From positions 740 through 64,739 of the forward strand of contig JABWCA010000002.1 in assembly GCA_013359345.1 (NCBI GenBank): DNA of 64,000 bases, given 5' to 3'. The notes beneath the pieces are model-generated. The model was not told the DNA's origin and did no database searches. It saw nothing but the letters and a program-made list of their open reading frames with translations. Each line of letters begins with the position of its first letter. Position 1 is the stretch's first letter. This DNA comes from Ignavibacteriaceae bacterium (lineage in GTDB: Bacteria; Bacteroidota; Ignavibacteria; Ignavibacteriales; Ignavibacteriaceae). The translations under genes were made by a program, and so were the position numbers. Of this stretch, positions 21,627 through 32,730 are shown piece after piece.

Positions 21627-21679
21627 GACCGCACATTCATGATGTCATCTGAAAGACATCCCGGATGTGCGGTTTTTTT
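21627..21679 (+). terminator. Riboswitch expression-platform terminator
   Basis: GACCGCACATTC...GGATGTGCGGTT followed by a T-run. Confidence 0.75.
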
Positions 21680-21737
21680 ATGGCCGCAGTGGAATTTGTG
21701 CCGTATTGCACCACTTAAAAAATGCTAAAAAGGTTGT

Positions 21738-23153
<1,416 letters not shown>

Positions 23154-23163
23154 TGAAATAAAA

Positions 23164-24162
23164 ATGATAAAAGGTAACTACAGGGCTGAAAATCCTTTCA
23201 TTACAGAAGGCGGCATTGAAATCAGGGAGCTGAATATCCGCTACACCACTTACGGTAAGCTAAGTGAAAAAGAAGATAACGTTATATGGATTATTCATGC
23301 TTACACTGCAAACTCGGAAGCACATGACTGGTGGAGCGGACTGGTGGGAGAGGGTAAACTCTTTGATCCCGGCAAACATTTTATTGTATGCGCCAATAAC
23401 CCCGGCTCCTGTTACGGAACCACCGGACCAACTTCCGTCAATCCTGCTACAGGTAAAGTTTACGGAAAGGATTTTCCCCTTGTTACCGTGAGAGATTCGG
23501 CCAGGGTGCTTGATCTGCTGAGGCAGCATCTCGGAATAAGTAAAATAAGGCTTGTTACGGGAGGCTCAATCGGCGGGCAGATAGCTCTTGAATGGGCGGT
23601 GATTAAACCTGAATTATTTGATTACCTTGTTCCCATAGCAACAAATGCCAAACAATCTCCCTGGGCAATTGCCTTTAACGAGGCTCAGCGCATGGCTCTG
23701 GAGGCCGGCTCTTACGGGTTGCAGGCTGCACGGGCTGTAGCGCTTCTTTCATACCGGGGCTATTCAGCTTTTAATCTTACTCAGTCAGAAACAGAAGAGA
23801 AAACAAACGGATTCAGGGCTGCTTCATACCAGAGATATCAGGGTAAAAAGCTTACAGACCGTTTTGATTCAGAAACTTATTACACGCTCAGCAAAGTGAT
23901 GGATTCTCATGACCTTGGCAGAGGGAGAGGCTCCCTGGCAGATGTGCTAAAATCAATAAACGCTCAGACCCTGGTTATTGGTATAAGCTCCGATATACTC
24001 TTTCCCGTTTCTGAGCAGAAGTTTCTTGCCGATAATATCCCCGGAGCCCGGCTTGAAGTGATTGATTCAGATTTTGGCCACGACGGATTTCTTATTGAAA
24101 ACGATAAACTCACAGCCCTGATCAGGGATTTTACAGAAGAGAAGGCACAGAACGATGAGTGA
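23164..24162 (+). CDS. metX: Homoserine O-acyltransferase (MetX family)
   Basis: GSCYGTTGP, nucleophile GGSIGG, SDILFP, GHDGFL. Confidence 0.93.
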   Translation: MIKGNYRAENPFITEGGIEIRELNIRYTTYGKLSEKEDNVIWIIHAYTANSEAHDWWSGLVGEGKLFDPGKHFIVCANNPGSCYGTTGPTSVNPATGKVYGKDFPLVTVRDSARVLDLLRQHLGISKIRLVTGGSIGGQIALEWAVIKPELFDYLVPIATNAKQSPWAIAFNEAQRMALEAGSYGLQAARAVALLSYRGYSAFNLTQSETEEKTNGFRAASYQRYQGKKLTDRFDSETYYTLSKVMDSHDLGRGRGSLADVLKSINAQTLVIGISSDILFPVSEQKFLADNIPGARLEVIDSDFGHDGFLIENDKLTALIRDFTEEKAQNDE

Positions 24163-26638
24163 AAAGTTTAACAGAATCAAAATTATTAAGTTTGGGGGTT
24201 CATCTGTTGGCTCTCCGGCCAGAATACGTGAGGTTATTCAGGTGTGCAAAGATCTGATAAACAACGGTGAAACTGTTTCTGTCGTTTTCTCGGCATTTCA
24301 GGGTGTTACCGATACACTTATCAGAACAGCCCAAACTGCTGCCGCCGGTGATCACTCTTACGTTAATGAGTTTGAATCGCTGAAAAAAAGGCATACTGAC
24401 GCCTGCCGTGAGCTCGCCGGAGAAGATGCGGCAAAAGAGGAAAAATTCAGCGGGCTCCTGAACGATCTTGAACAGGTGCTTTACGGCATTTATCTTCTGA
24501 AGGAATTAACCCCCCGGAGCCTTGATTATGTTATGAGTTTCGGAGAAAGGCTCTCATGTCTTATAATTTCCGAAGCGTTTAATGCCTCGGGGCAGCAAGC
24601 CGTTTACACAGATGCCCGCCTTCTTGTTAAAACAGATGCGGCTTTCGGCTATGGCAAAGTGAATTTTCAGGAAACCAACAGACTTATAAGAGAATATTTT
24701 GCCGTATCACCGGGGCTTAATATTATCACCGGGTTTATCGGGAGCACGGCAAACAATGAAACCACCACGCTCGGCAGGGGAGGTTCAGATTACACGGCAG
24801 CAATTTTCGGTGCGGCACTCAGAGCCGAAGAAGTGCAGATATGGACCGATGTTGACGGAGTGCTCACGGCTGACCCCAGAAAAGTTAAGGCAGCTTTCAC
24901 GATTGATAGCATCAGCTATTATGAAGCAATGGAAATGTCCCACTTCGGGGCAAAGGTTTTATACCCTCCCACTATTCACCCAGTGCTTCATGATAATATT
25001 CCTATAAGAATCAAGAACACTCTTAATCCTTCACACCCAGGAACCCTGATCACGGGGTCTGATTCAAGCGGAAAAAGGAAAGTGACCGGCATATCATCAA
25101 TTGATAAAGTCACGCTTTTTAAGATAAGCGTCACTGGTCTCGCCTCAATAACCGATATAACTTCAAGAATATTCAGCGTTTTATCTTCAAGATCTGTCAG
25201 TGCACTTCTGGTATCGCAGGCATCATCAGAACAGTCTATCTGCTTTTCCGTTTTACCTGAAAACACCGAAAGAGTTACTGAACTTGTTCAGAATGAACTC
25301 AGGCATGAAATGGCAGATGGCTACATACGTGAATTTATATGTGAAACTGGGGTTTCGCTGCTTGCCGTTGTCGGCGAAAACCTGCTTAATAATCCCGGCA
25401 TATCAGGACAGGTGTTTCAGGCTCTCGGAAAAAACGGCATAAGCATTCTTGCTGCAGCGCAGGGTTCTTCCAGACTGAATATTTCAACTGTCATTAAAAC
25501 GGAAGACCTCTCCAAAGCGCTTAATGCCATTCATGATACATTCTTTCTTTCAGACCGTAAAAGAATTAATCTTTTTATTGCCGGTACGGGACTCATAGGG
25601 AGAACTCTCTTCACTCAGATCAGAAATCAGCTTAATTTCCTTCTTGAAAACCTGAACACAGATCTGAGGATTATCGGTATAGTAAACACACGTAGAATGC
25701 TTATTGATCAGGAGGGAATTGATGTGAATGAGTGGGAAGAAAGGTTTGAAAGGGAAGGAGTTGAAAGGCAGAACGGTGCCTTTTTCAGCAGGATGATATC
25801 ATCCAATCTGCCAAACTCCATTTTCGTTGACTGCACCTCAAGCAGTGAAGTGATGGAAAAATATCTGCAGGTGCTTTCGGCTTCAATATCAATAGTCACT
25901 CCCAACAAGAAAGCTAATTCAAGCTCTTATGACTATTATCTGCAGCTTAAAAAAGCGGCAAGACAGTATAACGTTAAATTTCTTTATGAAACAAATGTGG
26001 GCGCAGGTCTGCCGGTTATAAACACAATAAATGATCTGGTGCTCAGCGGCGACAGTATCCTCAGAATAGAGGGTGTTCTTAGCGGAACCCTAAGCTATAT
26101 TTTCAATAAATTCTCTGAAGGAGGGCGTTTTTCGGATATCCTTAAAGAGTCGCATAAAATGGGATACACCGAGCCTGATCCGCGGGAGGATCTCAGAGGC
26201 ATTGATGCTGCAAGAAAACTTCTGATCCTGGTGCGGGAGGGAGGATACAGGCTTGAGCCTGAAGATATTCAGACAGAGAATCTTATTCCCCCGGGAATAA
26301 GTCCGGATATAACGTCAGAGGAGTTTCTTGAAATTCTTCCCCGCTATGATCACATCTTTGATGAGCTGAGAGAAAAGGCCCGTTCTTCAGGGGGTGTTCT
26401 GAGATATATTGCATCATGGGAGGAGGGTAAAGCTTCTGTAAAACTGAGAGTTGTTGATAAAACTCATCCGTTTTACTGCCTCAGTTCAAATGATAACGTT
26501 ATTTCTCTTAAAACAGTCTATTACAATGAGCGCCCCATGATTGTTCAGGGACCCGGAGCGGGTGCCAGGGTTACCTCAGGCGGTATCCTGGCAGATATTG
26601 TCAGGATTGCAAATTACCTGCAGAATAACGGTTCATGA
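24155..26638 (+). CDS. thrA: Bifunctional aspartate kinase / homoserine dehydrogenase
   Basis: KFGGSSV, LGRGGSDY, two ACT-like segments, GTGLIG, YETNVGAGLP, GYTEPDPREDL, GPGAG. Confidence 0.93.
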   Translation: MSEKFNRIKIIKFGGSSVGSPARIREVIQVCKDLINNGETVSVVFSAFQGVTDTLIRTAQTAAAGDHSYVNEFESLKKRHTDACRELAGEDAAKEEKFSGLLNDLEQVLYGIYLLKELTPRSLDYVMSFGERLSCLIISEAFNASGQQAVYTDARLLVKTDAAFGYGKVNFQETNRLIREYFAVSPGLNIITGFIGSTANNETTTLGRGGSDYTAAIFGAALRAEEVQIWTDVDGVLTADPRKVKAAFTIDSISYYEAMEMSHFGAKVLYPPTIHPVLHDNIPIRIKNTLNPSHPGTLITGSDSSGKRKVTGISSIDKVTLFKISVTGLASITDITSRIFSVLSSRSVSALLVSQASSEQSICFSVLPENTERVTELVQNELRHEMADGYIREFICETGVSLLAVVGENLLNNPGISGQVFQALGKNGISILAAAQGSSRLNISTVIKTEDLSKALNAIHDTFFLSDRKRINLFIAGTGLIGRTLFTQIRNQLNFLLENLNTDLRIIGIVNTRRMLIDQEGIDVNEWEERFEREGVERQNGAFFSRMISSNLPNSIFVDCTSSSEVMEKYLQVLSASISIVTPNKKANSSSYDYYLQLKKAARQYNVKFLYETNVGAGLPVINTINDLVLSGDSILRIEGVLSGTLSYIFNKFSEGGRFSDILKESHKMGYTEPDPREDLRGIDAARKLLILVREGGYRLEPEDIQTENLIPPGISPDITSEEFLEILPRYDHIFDELREKARSSGGVLRYIASWEEGKASVKLRVVDKTHPFYCLSSNDNVISLKTVYYNERPMIVQGPGAGARVTSGGILADIVRIANYLQNNGS

Positions 26639-27896
26639 TAAGATCGTAGTACTTTTTATCGGCTTTAAATGAGATAATCACTTTATCTTCGTCATACTGT
26701 GTGTCCAGAACCTTGGCGACTTCATGAATGGTTGATATGGTTTTATAATCATTCATATTTATGCTGAGAGTCTCCCTGAAAAAGTTCTGCTCAGAGGCTG
26801 TGAGGATTTTATCTTTCAGCTTTGTAACCCCGAATCCCTTTGTGGCGGATATCAGGATACTCTCAGGATATTTGTTTCTGAGGTAAGAAAGTTTATCGCT
26901 GTCATCAATAAGATCTATTTTATTAAAGACTTTAATTATGATTTTATCCTCACACCCCAGATCTTTAAGTGTCTGATTCACAACGTTGATATGGTCTTCA
27001 TAAAACTCATGGGGGGTATTGATTACATGAAGCAGAATATCAGCCTCTCTCACTTCGCTCAGAGTGCTTTTGAATGAAGCCACAAGGTGATGCGGCAGCT
27101 TTCTGATGAACCCGACAGTATCGCTCAGGAGCATATTCGCGTTTTTCTCGAGATTTAGCTGACGTGTGGTTGAATCAAGCGTTGCAAACAGTTTGTCTTC
27201 GGCAAGAATTCCGGCATCGGTCAGCAGATTAAAAAGAGTTGATTTGCCTGCATTAGTGTAACCCACCAGTGCAATTTTGGTATAATCTTTTCTCCCTTTA
27301 GTCTGCGTGAGGCGGTTTTCTTCAATCTTTTTTAATCTGTCTTTTAACACTTCTATCTTATCGCGAATAATACGGCGGTCTGTTTCAATCTGGGTTTCAC
27401 CGGGTCCTTTTGTGCCGATGCCGCCGTACTGCTTTGAAAGGTGGGTCCATGCCCTTGTCAGTCTGGGGAGCATATACTCAAGCTGGGCAAGCTCCACCTG
27501 ATTTCTCGCTTCCTTTGTTCTGGCTCTGAGTGCAAAAATATCAAGAATAAGACCGCTGCGGTCAAGCACCTTTTTGTTGAAAAGCCGTTCAAGGTTTCTG
27601 ACCTGCACCGCAGAAAGATCGTCATCAAAGATTACGAGATCGATATCATTTTCATCAATATAAAGTTTTATCTCTTCAGCCTTCCCTTTTCCGATGTAGA
27701 AGGCTGAATCAAAGTAGCTTCGGTCCTGAATAATTCTTAATACCGCTTCACCGCCTGCGGTTATTGTCAGTTCTTCAAGTTCATCGAGGTGATCATTCAC
27801 CAGTTCATCGCTGATATCCCTTGTTTTGACCGCAACCAGTACGGCCTTCTCTTTTTTCTGGCTGATTATTTCTATCATATATTTGTGTTCTGTCAA
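26601..27896 (-). CDS. hflX: Ribosome-associated GTPase HflX
   Basis: GPGETQIETDRR, GYTNAGKST, DTVGFI, NKID; start may be ATG 27878. Confidence 0.97.
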   Translation of the reverse strand: MTEHKYMIEIISQKKEKAVLVAVKTRDISDELVNDHLDELEELTITAGGEAVLRIIQDRSYFDSAFYIGKGKAEEIKLYIDENDIDLVIFDDDLSAVQVRNLERLFNKKVLDRSGLILDIFALRARTKEARNQVELAQLEYMLPRLTRAWTHLSKQYGGIGTKGPGETQIETDRRIIRDKIEVLKDRLKKIEENRLTQTKGRKDYTKIALVGYTNAGKSTLFNLLTDAGILAEDKLFATLDSTTRQLNLEKNANMLLSDTVGFIRKLPHHLVASFKSTLSEVREADILLHVINTPHEFYEDHINVVNQTLKDLGCEDKIIIKVFNKIDLIDDSDKLSYLRNKYPESILISATKGFGVTKLKDKILTASEQNFFRETLSINMNDYKTISTIHEVAKVLDTQYDEDKVIISFKADKKYYDLIMNRYSAGNLQS

Positions 27897-27902
27897 AAAT
27901 CC

Positions 27903-30473
27903 TTATTTAAGTAAAACCATTTTGATAACTGATTCGCTGCCGCCGGATATCAGTCTGCAGAAATACACTCCTGAGTTAAGTGAAGCTCCGCTGAATGTGA
28001 AGCTGTGCGATCCCGCTTTCAGATACCCGTTATGCAGCAGTGCAACTTCACTGCCCGCCACATCATAAACCCTGATACTGGTTTCGCCCCCTTTAACGAG
28101 ATCAAGCCTGATGGCTGTTGAAGGGTTGAAAGGATTCGGATAGTTCTGATAAAGCCTGTATGACTTTATGCTGCTTTCCCCGTCCTCAATACCCAGCAGA
28201 GGCGAAATATCTGCCATATACATTGATCTTCCGTGAGTTGCAGCCACAAGTTTTTTAGTCGGTTGATGCAGTATCAGATCAAATACGGGCGAATTCGGCA
28301 GGCCTATACCGGCAACGCTCCATGTCGTGCCCAGGTTTTTAGTGTAAAACACACCGGCATCAGTACCGACTATAAGCAGTGAATCAGATGAAAAATCGAC
28401 CTGAATTGAGTTCACAGGTATATCGGGAAGGTTGCCGCTGATATCGGTCCAGGATGCTCCGTAATCTGTTGTTCTGAACACATGCGGGTTTGTGTTATCA
28501 AGGTTGTATCCTGAAAGAGTGACGTATGCTACCGCGGGGTTTCTTCTGTCAGCCACCACATCAGTGATGTAACGGTTCGGAAGATTGCCCGTGACATCGG
28601 TCCATGTCGAACCCGAGTTGGTTGAGACCGATACTTTGGCATCGTCGGTGCCGGCATAAATAACTCTGGTCTGGGTTGATGGGATCAGCTCTGCAGAGAT
28701 TGTGGTTATTGTTCCGAGTCTGCCGTTTGGACCGCGGGTAAGATCGGGGCTTATTGCAGTCCAGCTGTTTCCGCGGTTTGTTGTTTTGAATAATTTGTAT
28801 GAACCGAAGTAAAGTATGGTCGGTTCGGCGGGGTCAATGATATAAGGTGACGACCAGTTTGTTCTGGTGAGGTCGAGTCCGCTGGTGATTGAGCTGAAGT
28901 TGCTGCCTCCGTCTGTGCTTCTTCCGAGACCGCCAAACTGATACTCCGCATAAATTATATTTGAATTAGTATAGTCAACCTGGGTATGGAAGCCGTCACC
29001 GCCATAGATAAAATCCCAGTCTGAAAGTCCTCCGGTCCATGTTCTCATGGTGCCGTTGTCCTGGGTTCCTCCGTAAAGTCTGTCGGGATTCAGATAATCA
29101 ATTGTTGCGGCATAAAACTGAGAGATGGGCAGGTCATATTTTTTATTCCAGATATTACCGCCATCGGTTGAAATAAAGAACCCGCCGTCATTTCCGACAT
29201 AAATCACATTGGTGTTCTGAGGATTGATCCAGAACGGATGCTGATCGGGGTGCTGCTGTTCAAAAGTGCCGCTATAAGAGTTGGTTATGTTTATCCATGA
29301 AGTGCCGCCGTCGGTGCTTCTCAGAAGATCAATTTCTCCTAATATAATCTTATTGGGATCATCAGGGTAAACCTCTATTTCGCCGAAGTACCAGCCGAAG
29401 TTTGAGAACTCGCCCGGCAGAATTCCGTTTGGCATTCTGGTCCAGCTTGCTCCTTTGTTGGTTGATTTATAAAATCCGTAGAATACATTTATCGTGCCGT
29501 TTGCAGAATTTGAAGTTTTGTAAAGTGCATAAACAATGTTGGGGTCAGAAGGTGCAACAGCAATGCTTATTCTCCCTATTGTATTGTTATTGACGGGTAA
29601 GCCTGTTAACTGGTTGGTCCATGTGGTGCCGCCGTCGGTCGACAGATATATTGATGAAGATGCTCCTGCCGCTTTACGGAATGTCGGACCTCTCAGCCTT
29701 TCCCACATGGCGCAGTAAATTCTGTTGGGGTCAGTGGGGTCGAGTTCAACGTCAATTGCTGAAGTTGAATCATTAACGAATAACACTTTGTTCCATGAGG
29801 CGCCCGCATCGGTTGATTTATAGAGGCCCCTCTCGGGGCCCTTTGAATAAAGCCCGCCTGAAACTGCAGCATAAACAAGATTTGAGTTTAACGGATGTAC
29901 TTTTATTTCACCGATGTGCCGGGAGTTTTCAAGCCCCGAAAGGAACCAGGTTTCACCTGCATCAGTTGATTTCAGCATTCCGAATCCCGCGTATGAATCT
30001 GTACTGATATTTGCCTCTCCGGTTCCGAGGTATAAAACGGAGGGGTTATTGGGATCAATTTCAAGCGCGCCCACAGAAAGGCTGGGGAAAAAGTCAGTTT
30101 TGGGTATCCATGTATTTCCGCCGTCAGTTGATTTAAATAAACCGCCCGCCGCAGCGCCTATGTAAATGGTGTTTATATTCGTGGGGTCAACTGCAAGGCC
30201 TGTTATTCTTCCGCCTATGTTATATGGTCCTGCGGGCAGCCATTCAACTGTTGAAATCCTGTCGGCCTCCCTTACCATTTTTTCTTTATCCTGCATTGCT
30301 TTGAGATATCTTTCATGAGGAATCTCTGTTCCGGGATAAGCTCTCTGATAATGAAACCATTCAGAGGGGATAAATTTTGCTTCGGCAGGCTTTTTATATT
30401 CCGTGTTTCTGATTAAAAATAAAGCCGGCAGCAGAATCAGTACCGACGCAAGGAGGAGCACAGTTTTTTTCAT
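27903..30473 (-). CDS. Secreted BNR/Asp-box (VPS10-like) beta-propeller protein with T9SS C-terminal sorting domain
   Basis: Many S/T-x-D/N-x-G-x-x-W repeats; LYQNYPNPFNPST...SGVYF...KMVLLK tail. Confidence 0.88.
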   Translation of the reverse strand: MKKTVLLLASVLILLPALFLIRNTEYKKPAEAKFIPSEWFHYQRAYPGTEIPHERYLKAMQDKEKMVREADRISTVEWLPAGPYNIGGRITGLAVDPTNINTIYIGAAAGGLFKSTDGGNTWIPKTDFFPSLSVGALEIDPNNPSVLYLGTGEANISTDSYAGFGMLKSTDAGETWFLSGLENSRHIGEIKVHPLNSNLVYAAVSGGLYSKGPERGLYKSTDAGASWNKVLFVNDSTSAIDVELDPTDPNRIYCAMWERLRGPTFRKAAGASSSIYLSTDGGTTWTNQLTGLPVNNNTIGRISIAVAPSDPNIVYALYKTSNSANGTINVFYGFYKSTNKGASWTRMPNGILPGEFSNFGWYFGEIEVYPDDPNKIILGEIDLLRSTDGGTSWINITNSYSGTFEQQHPDQHPFWINPQNTNVIYVGNDGGFFISTDGGNIWNKKYDLPISQFYAATIDYLNPDRLYGGTQDNGTMRTWTGGLSDWDFIYGGDGFHTQVDYTNSNIIYAEYQFGGLGRSTDGGSNFSSITSGLDLTRTNWSSPYIIDPAEPTILYFGSYKLFKTTNRGNSWTAISPDLTRGPNGRLGTITTISAELIPSTQTRVIYAGTDDAKVSVSTNSGSTWTDVTGNLPNRYITDVVADRRNPAVAYVTLSGYNLDNTNPHVFRTTDYGASWTDISGNLPDIPVNSIQVDFSSDSLLIVGTDAGVFYTKNLGTTWSVAGIGLPNSPVFDLILHQPTKKLVAATHGRSMYMADISPLLGIEDGESSIKSYRLYQNYPNPFNPSTAIRLDLVKGGETSIRVYDVAGSEVALLHNGYLKAGSHSFTFSGASLNSGVYFCRLISGGSESVIKMVLLK

Positions 30474-30740
30474 TTAGATTTAAATCCGTTAATTTTTTTT
30501 ATGTCAGTGTTAAATTTAATCATCTTGGTACAAATTATTTTGGGATTAATTAATGAACCTCAGTGAAATATCAGATCCGGCATTACTCCGTATAATAAAT
30601 GCTTTCAATGGCTGCAGATAAAATCAGGTCGCCATCTTATGCGTATACCTGATAACAGAAATCAGCAGAAGATTTTTATTAAAAACAGAATAATCCTTCT
30701 TAATTTTGTTTATCTCAAATAAATATTGCGGGTAATCTTA

Positions 30741-31289
30741 ATGAACCTTGATCAATTGCTGGCTTCGGTCAGAGAGCAGACCGGATATAATCTTAAACGG
30801 CTGGAAGAAAAATTTTCCGGTATGGATGAAGAAACTCTTAATAAAAAACCTTCGGCAAATAGCTGGAGTCCGGCTGAATGTTTTAATCATCTTATTGTAT
30901 CAAACCACCTCTATCTTAAACACTTTCCCGGTATAACAGATAAAAACAGGGATAAAATGAGGACCTCATCTGAATACAAGCCGACGCTCACCGGTAAGAT
31001 TCTTGTTTCAATGGTCAATCCGGAAAATGTTAAAAAAGGAAAAGCCCCGGGATTCATGGATCCTTCAAAAAGCACTGTTAAGGCAGGTGTTGTTGAAAGG
31101 CTGCAGGAAGACTGTAAAAAGATACTCAGCATTGCTGATGTTTCAGAACAGCTGGATCTTAATAAAATCAAAGTGCCTCTGAGTGTCACATCGCTGATAA
31201 AGCTTTCTCTGGCAGACACCCTCCTGATGCTGGCTCACCACTGCACAAGGCATATTAACCAGGCTGAGCGTGCGGCAGGAATCAAGTAA
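30741..31289 (+). CDS. DinB/YfiT-family protein
   Basis: WSPAECFNHL and HCTRHINQ His motifs; probable ATG at 30741. Confidence 0.85.
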   Translation: MNLDQLLASVREQTGYNLKRLEEKFSGMDEETLNKKPSANSWSPAECFNHLIVSNHLYLKHFPGITDKNRDKMRTSSEYKPTLTGKILVSMVNPENVKKGKAPGFMDPSKSTVKAGVVERLQEDCKKILSIADVSEQLDLNKIKVPLSVTSLIKLSLADTLLMLAHHCTRHINQAERAAGIK

Positions 31290-31320
31290 AAATTTATTAA
31301 GAGCAGGAAGTCTTTAAAGC

Positions 31321-31351
31321 AAAAAACCCCGGCATGACCGGGGTTTCTTTT
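31321..31351. terminator. Bidirectional terminator between convergent genes
   Basis: AAAAAACCCCGG-CATGA-CCGGGGTTTCTTTT. Confidence 0.8.
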
Positions 31352-32387
31352 ATCTCATAAACTTTGGTTCTTCAAGAGTCAGGATCAGGGAAATACGATG
31401 GCTATCGGGGAGCCTTTCATTTTCAGACATATTGAATCTTGCGAAAGAGTAATCTATATTCAGTTTGGGGAGTTTAACGCCGGCACCTATAGTGAACTGT
31501 TTAACGTCGTTATAACCGGCTCTTATCATGAAGAGGTTTTTGAATGAATATTCAAAGCCTATATGGGGATCAATGCTCACGGGACCAAGGTTAAACTGTG
31601 AAGCAAAATTTCTTCCTTCAAATCTCATATCAAGATCAACCGAAGGCATAAGCACACCGCCGGGCACATTCAGTCTGTAAGCAGCACCTATTTTTGCTGT
31701 CGGGCTTACCAGTTCATTTCTTCCTGTGCTCCATGCCACCAGCGTGGTGGTTGCGTCCTGCAGATTGGCGCCCAGATAGAGATTTTCCATCGGCATGTAG
31801 ATTGCACCCACATCAAAACCGAATCCTGTTGCGCTGAATTCTGCGATGTCTCTTTTAACCACCTTAAGGTTAACGCCAAGATAAAGCTCGTCACTTATTC
31901 TTTTTGCACCGGTTAAATAGATTGCCCAGTCCTGATTGCTGAATTCGGAGATTTTGGAGTAATCTAGCCTGTCATCTTTGTTAATATCAAGTATGCCGTC
32001 GCCATTGGCATCATACAGAGCGTTTCGTGTGTCTTTTATTCCGTCAACGGCAAGCCTTACTGCGCTTACGCCAAAAGAAAAATCTTTGCCGTATGGAATT
32101 GCAACTGCACCATAATTGTAATTTACAAGGTTTCCGTAGCGCTCGTCATGCATAAGCGAAAGCTGCGGATAATTGATGTGAGCAAGCCCTGCCGGATTGT
32201 AATAACCAGCAGTGATATCATTGGCAACGGCAACAAATGCTCCGCCCATTCCGAGCGGCCTTCCGCCGACACCGATAGCCATGAACTCACCGGCATATTT
32301 ACCGATCACAGTCTGCGCCTGCAAAGGAATTGCAAAAAACAGGCTTAATATTAACAGGACTTTCTTACTGTTCTTTAAGAACATCAA
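31350..32387 (-). CDS. PorV/PorQ-family outer-membrane protein (T9SS-associated)
   Basis: Signal peptide, FMAIGVGGRPLGMGGAFVA...YYNPAGL, amphipathic beta-strands, SHRISL C-terminus. Confidence 0.85.
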   Translation of the reverse strand: MMFLKNSKKVLLILSLFFAIPLQAQTVIGKYAGEFMAIGVGGRPLGMGGAFVAVANDITAGYYNPAGLAHINYPQLSLMHDERYGNLVNYNYGAVAIPYGKDFSFGVSAVRLAVDGIKDTRNALYDANGDGILDINKDDRLDYSKISEFSNQDWAIYLTGAKRISDELYLGVNLKVVKRDIAEFSATGFGFDVGAIYMPMENLYLGANLQDATTTLVAWSTGRNELVSPTAKIGAAYRLNVPGGVLMPSVDLDMRFEGRNFASQFNLGPVSIDPHIGFEYSFKNLFMIRAGYNDVKQFTIGAGVKLPKLNIDYSFARFNMSENERLPDSHRISLILTLEEPKFMR

Positions 32388-32511
32388 ATCTCCAAATGAT
32401 TATTATCAGGGGTGTTAAGTTTCAGAATTTAAAGTTAATAGTCAAGTCTTTAAAACAGTATTCATGAAACTAAAATAATTAAATCTCATCTAACGGACAA
32501 TAAAGAATTTA

Positions 32512-32730
32512 ATGGTACAAATGAGAAAACACTTAACAACCAAAAATATACTGAGAACTCTGGCAATTCTTGGCGGTGCCGCAGCCGGTTATGCATACTA
32601 TTATTTCGTCGGATGTTATAACGGCTCATGCGCAATTCAGAGTAATCCCTGGTTTTCAACCTTTTACGGCGCGTTCATTGTGGCCGTTTTAGTGATACCC
32701 GTTAAGAAAAAGAGCAGCCCGCAGACTTAA
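32512..32730 (+). CDS. Small two-TM membrane protein with GCxxGxCxI motif (DUF6132-like)
   Basis: GYAYYYFVGCYNGSCAIQSNPW between two hydrophobic segments. Confidence 0.7.
   Translation: MVQMRKHLTTKNILRTLAILGGAAAGYAYYYFVGCYNGSCAIQSNPWFSTFYGAFIVAVLVIPVKKKSSPQT

Noticed and set aside
32465..32492. ECF-sigma-like promoter TGAAAC-N16-CATC before the small membrane protein gene
   Set aside because: Imperfect -10 and a single instance in AT-rich DNA; insufficient support.
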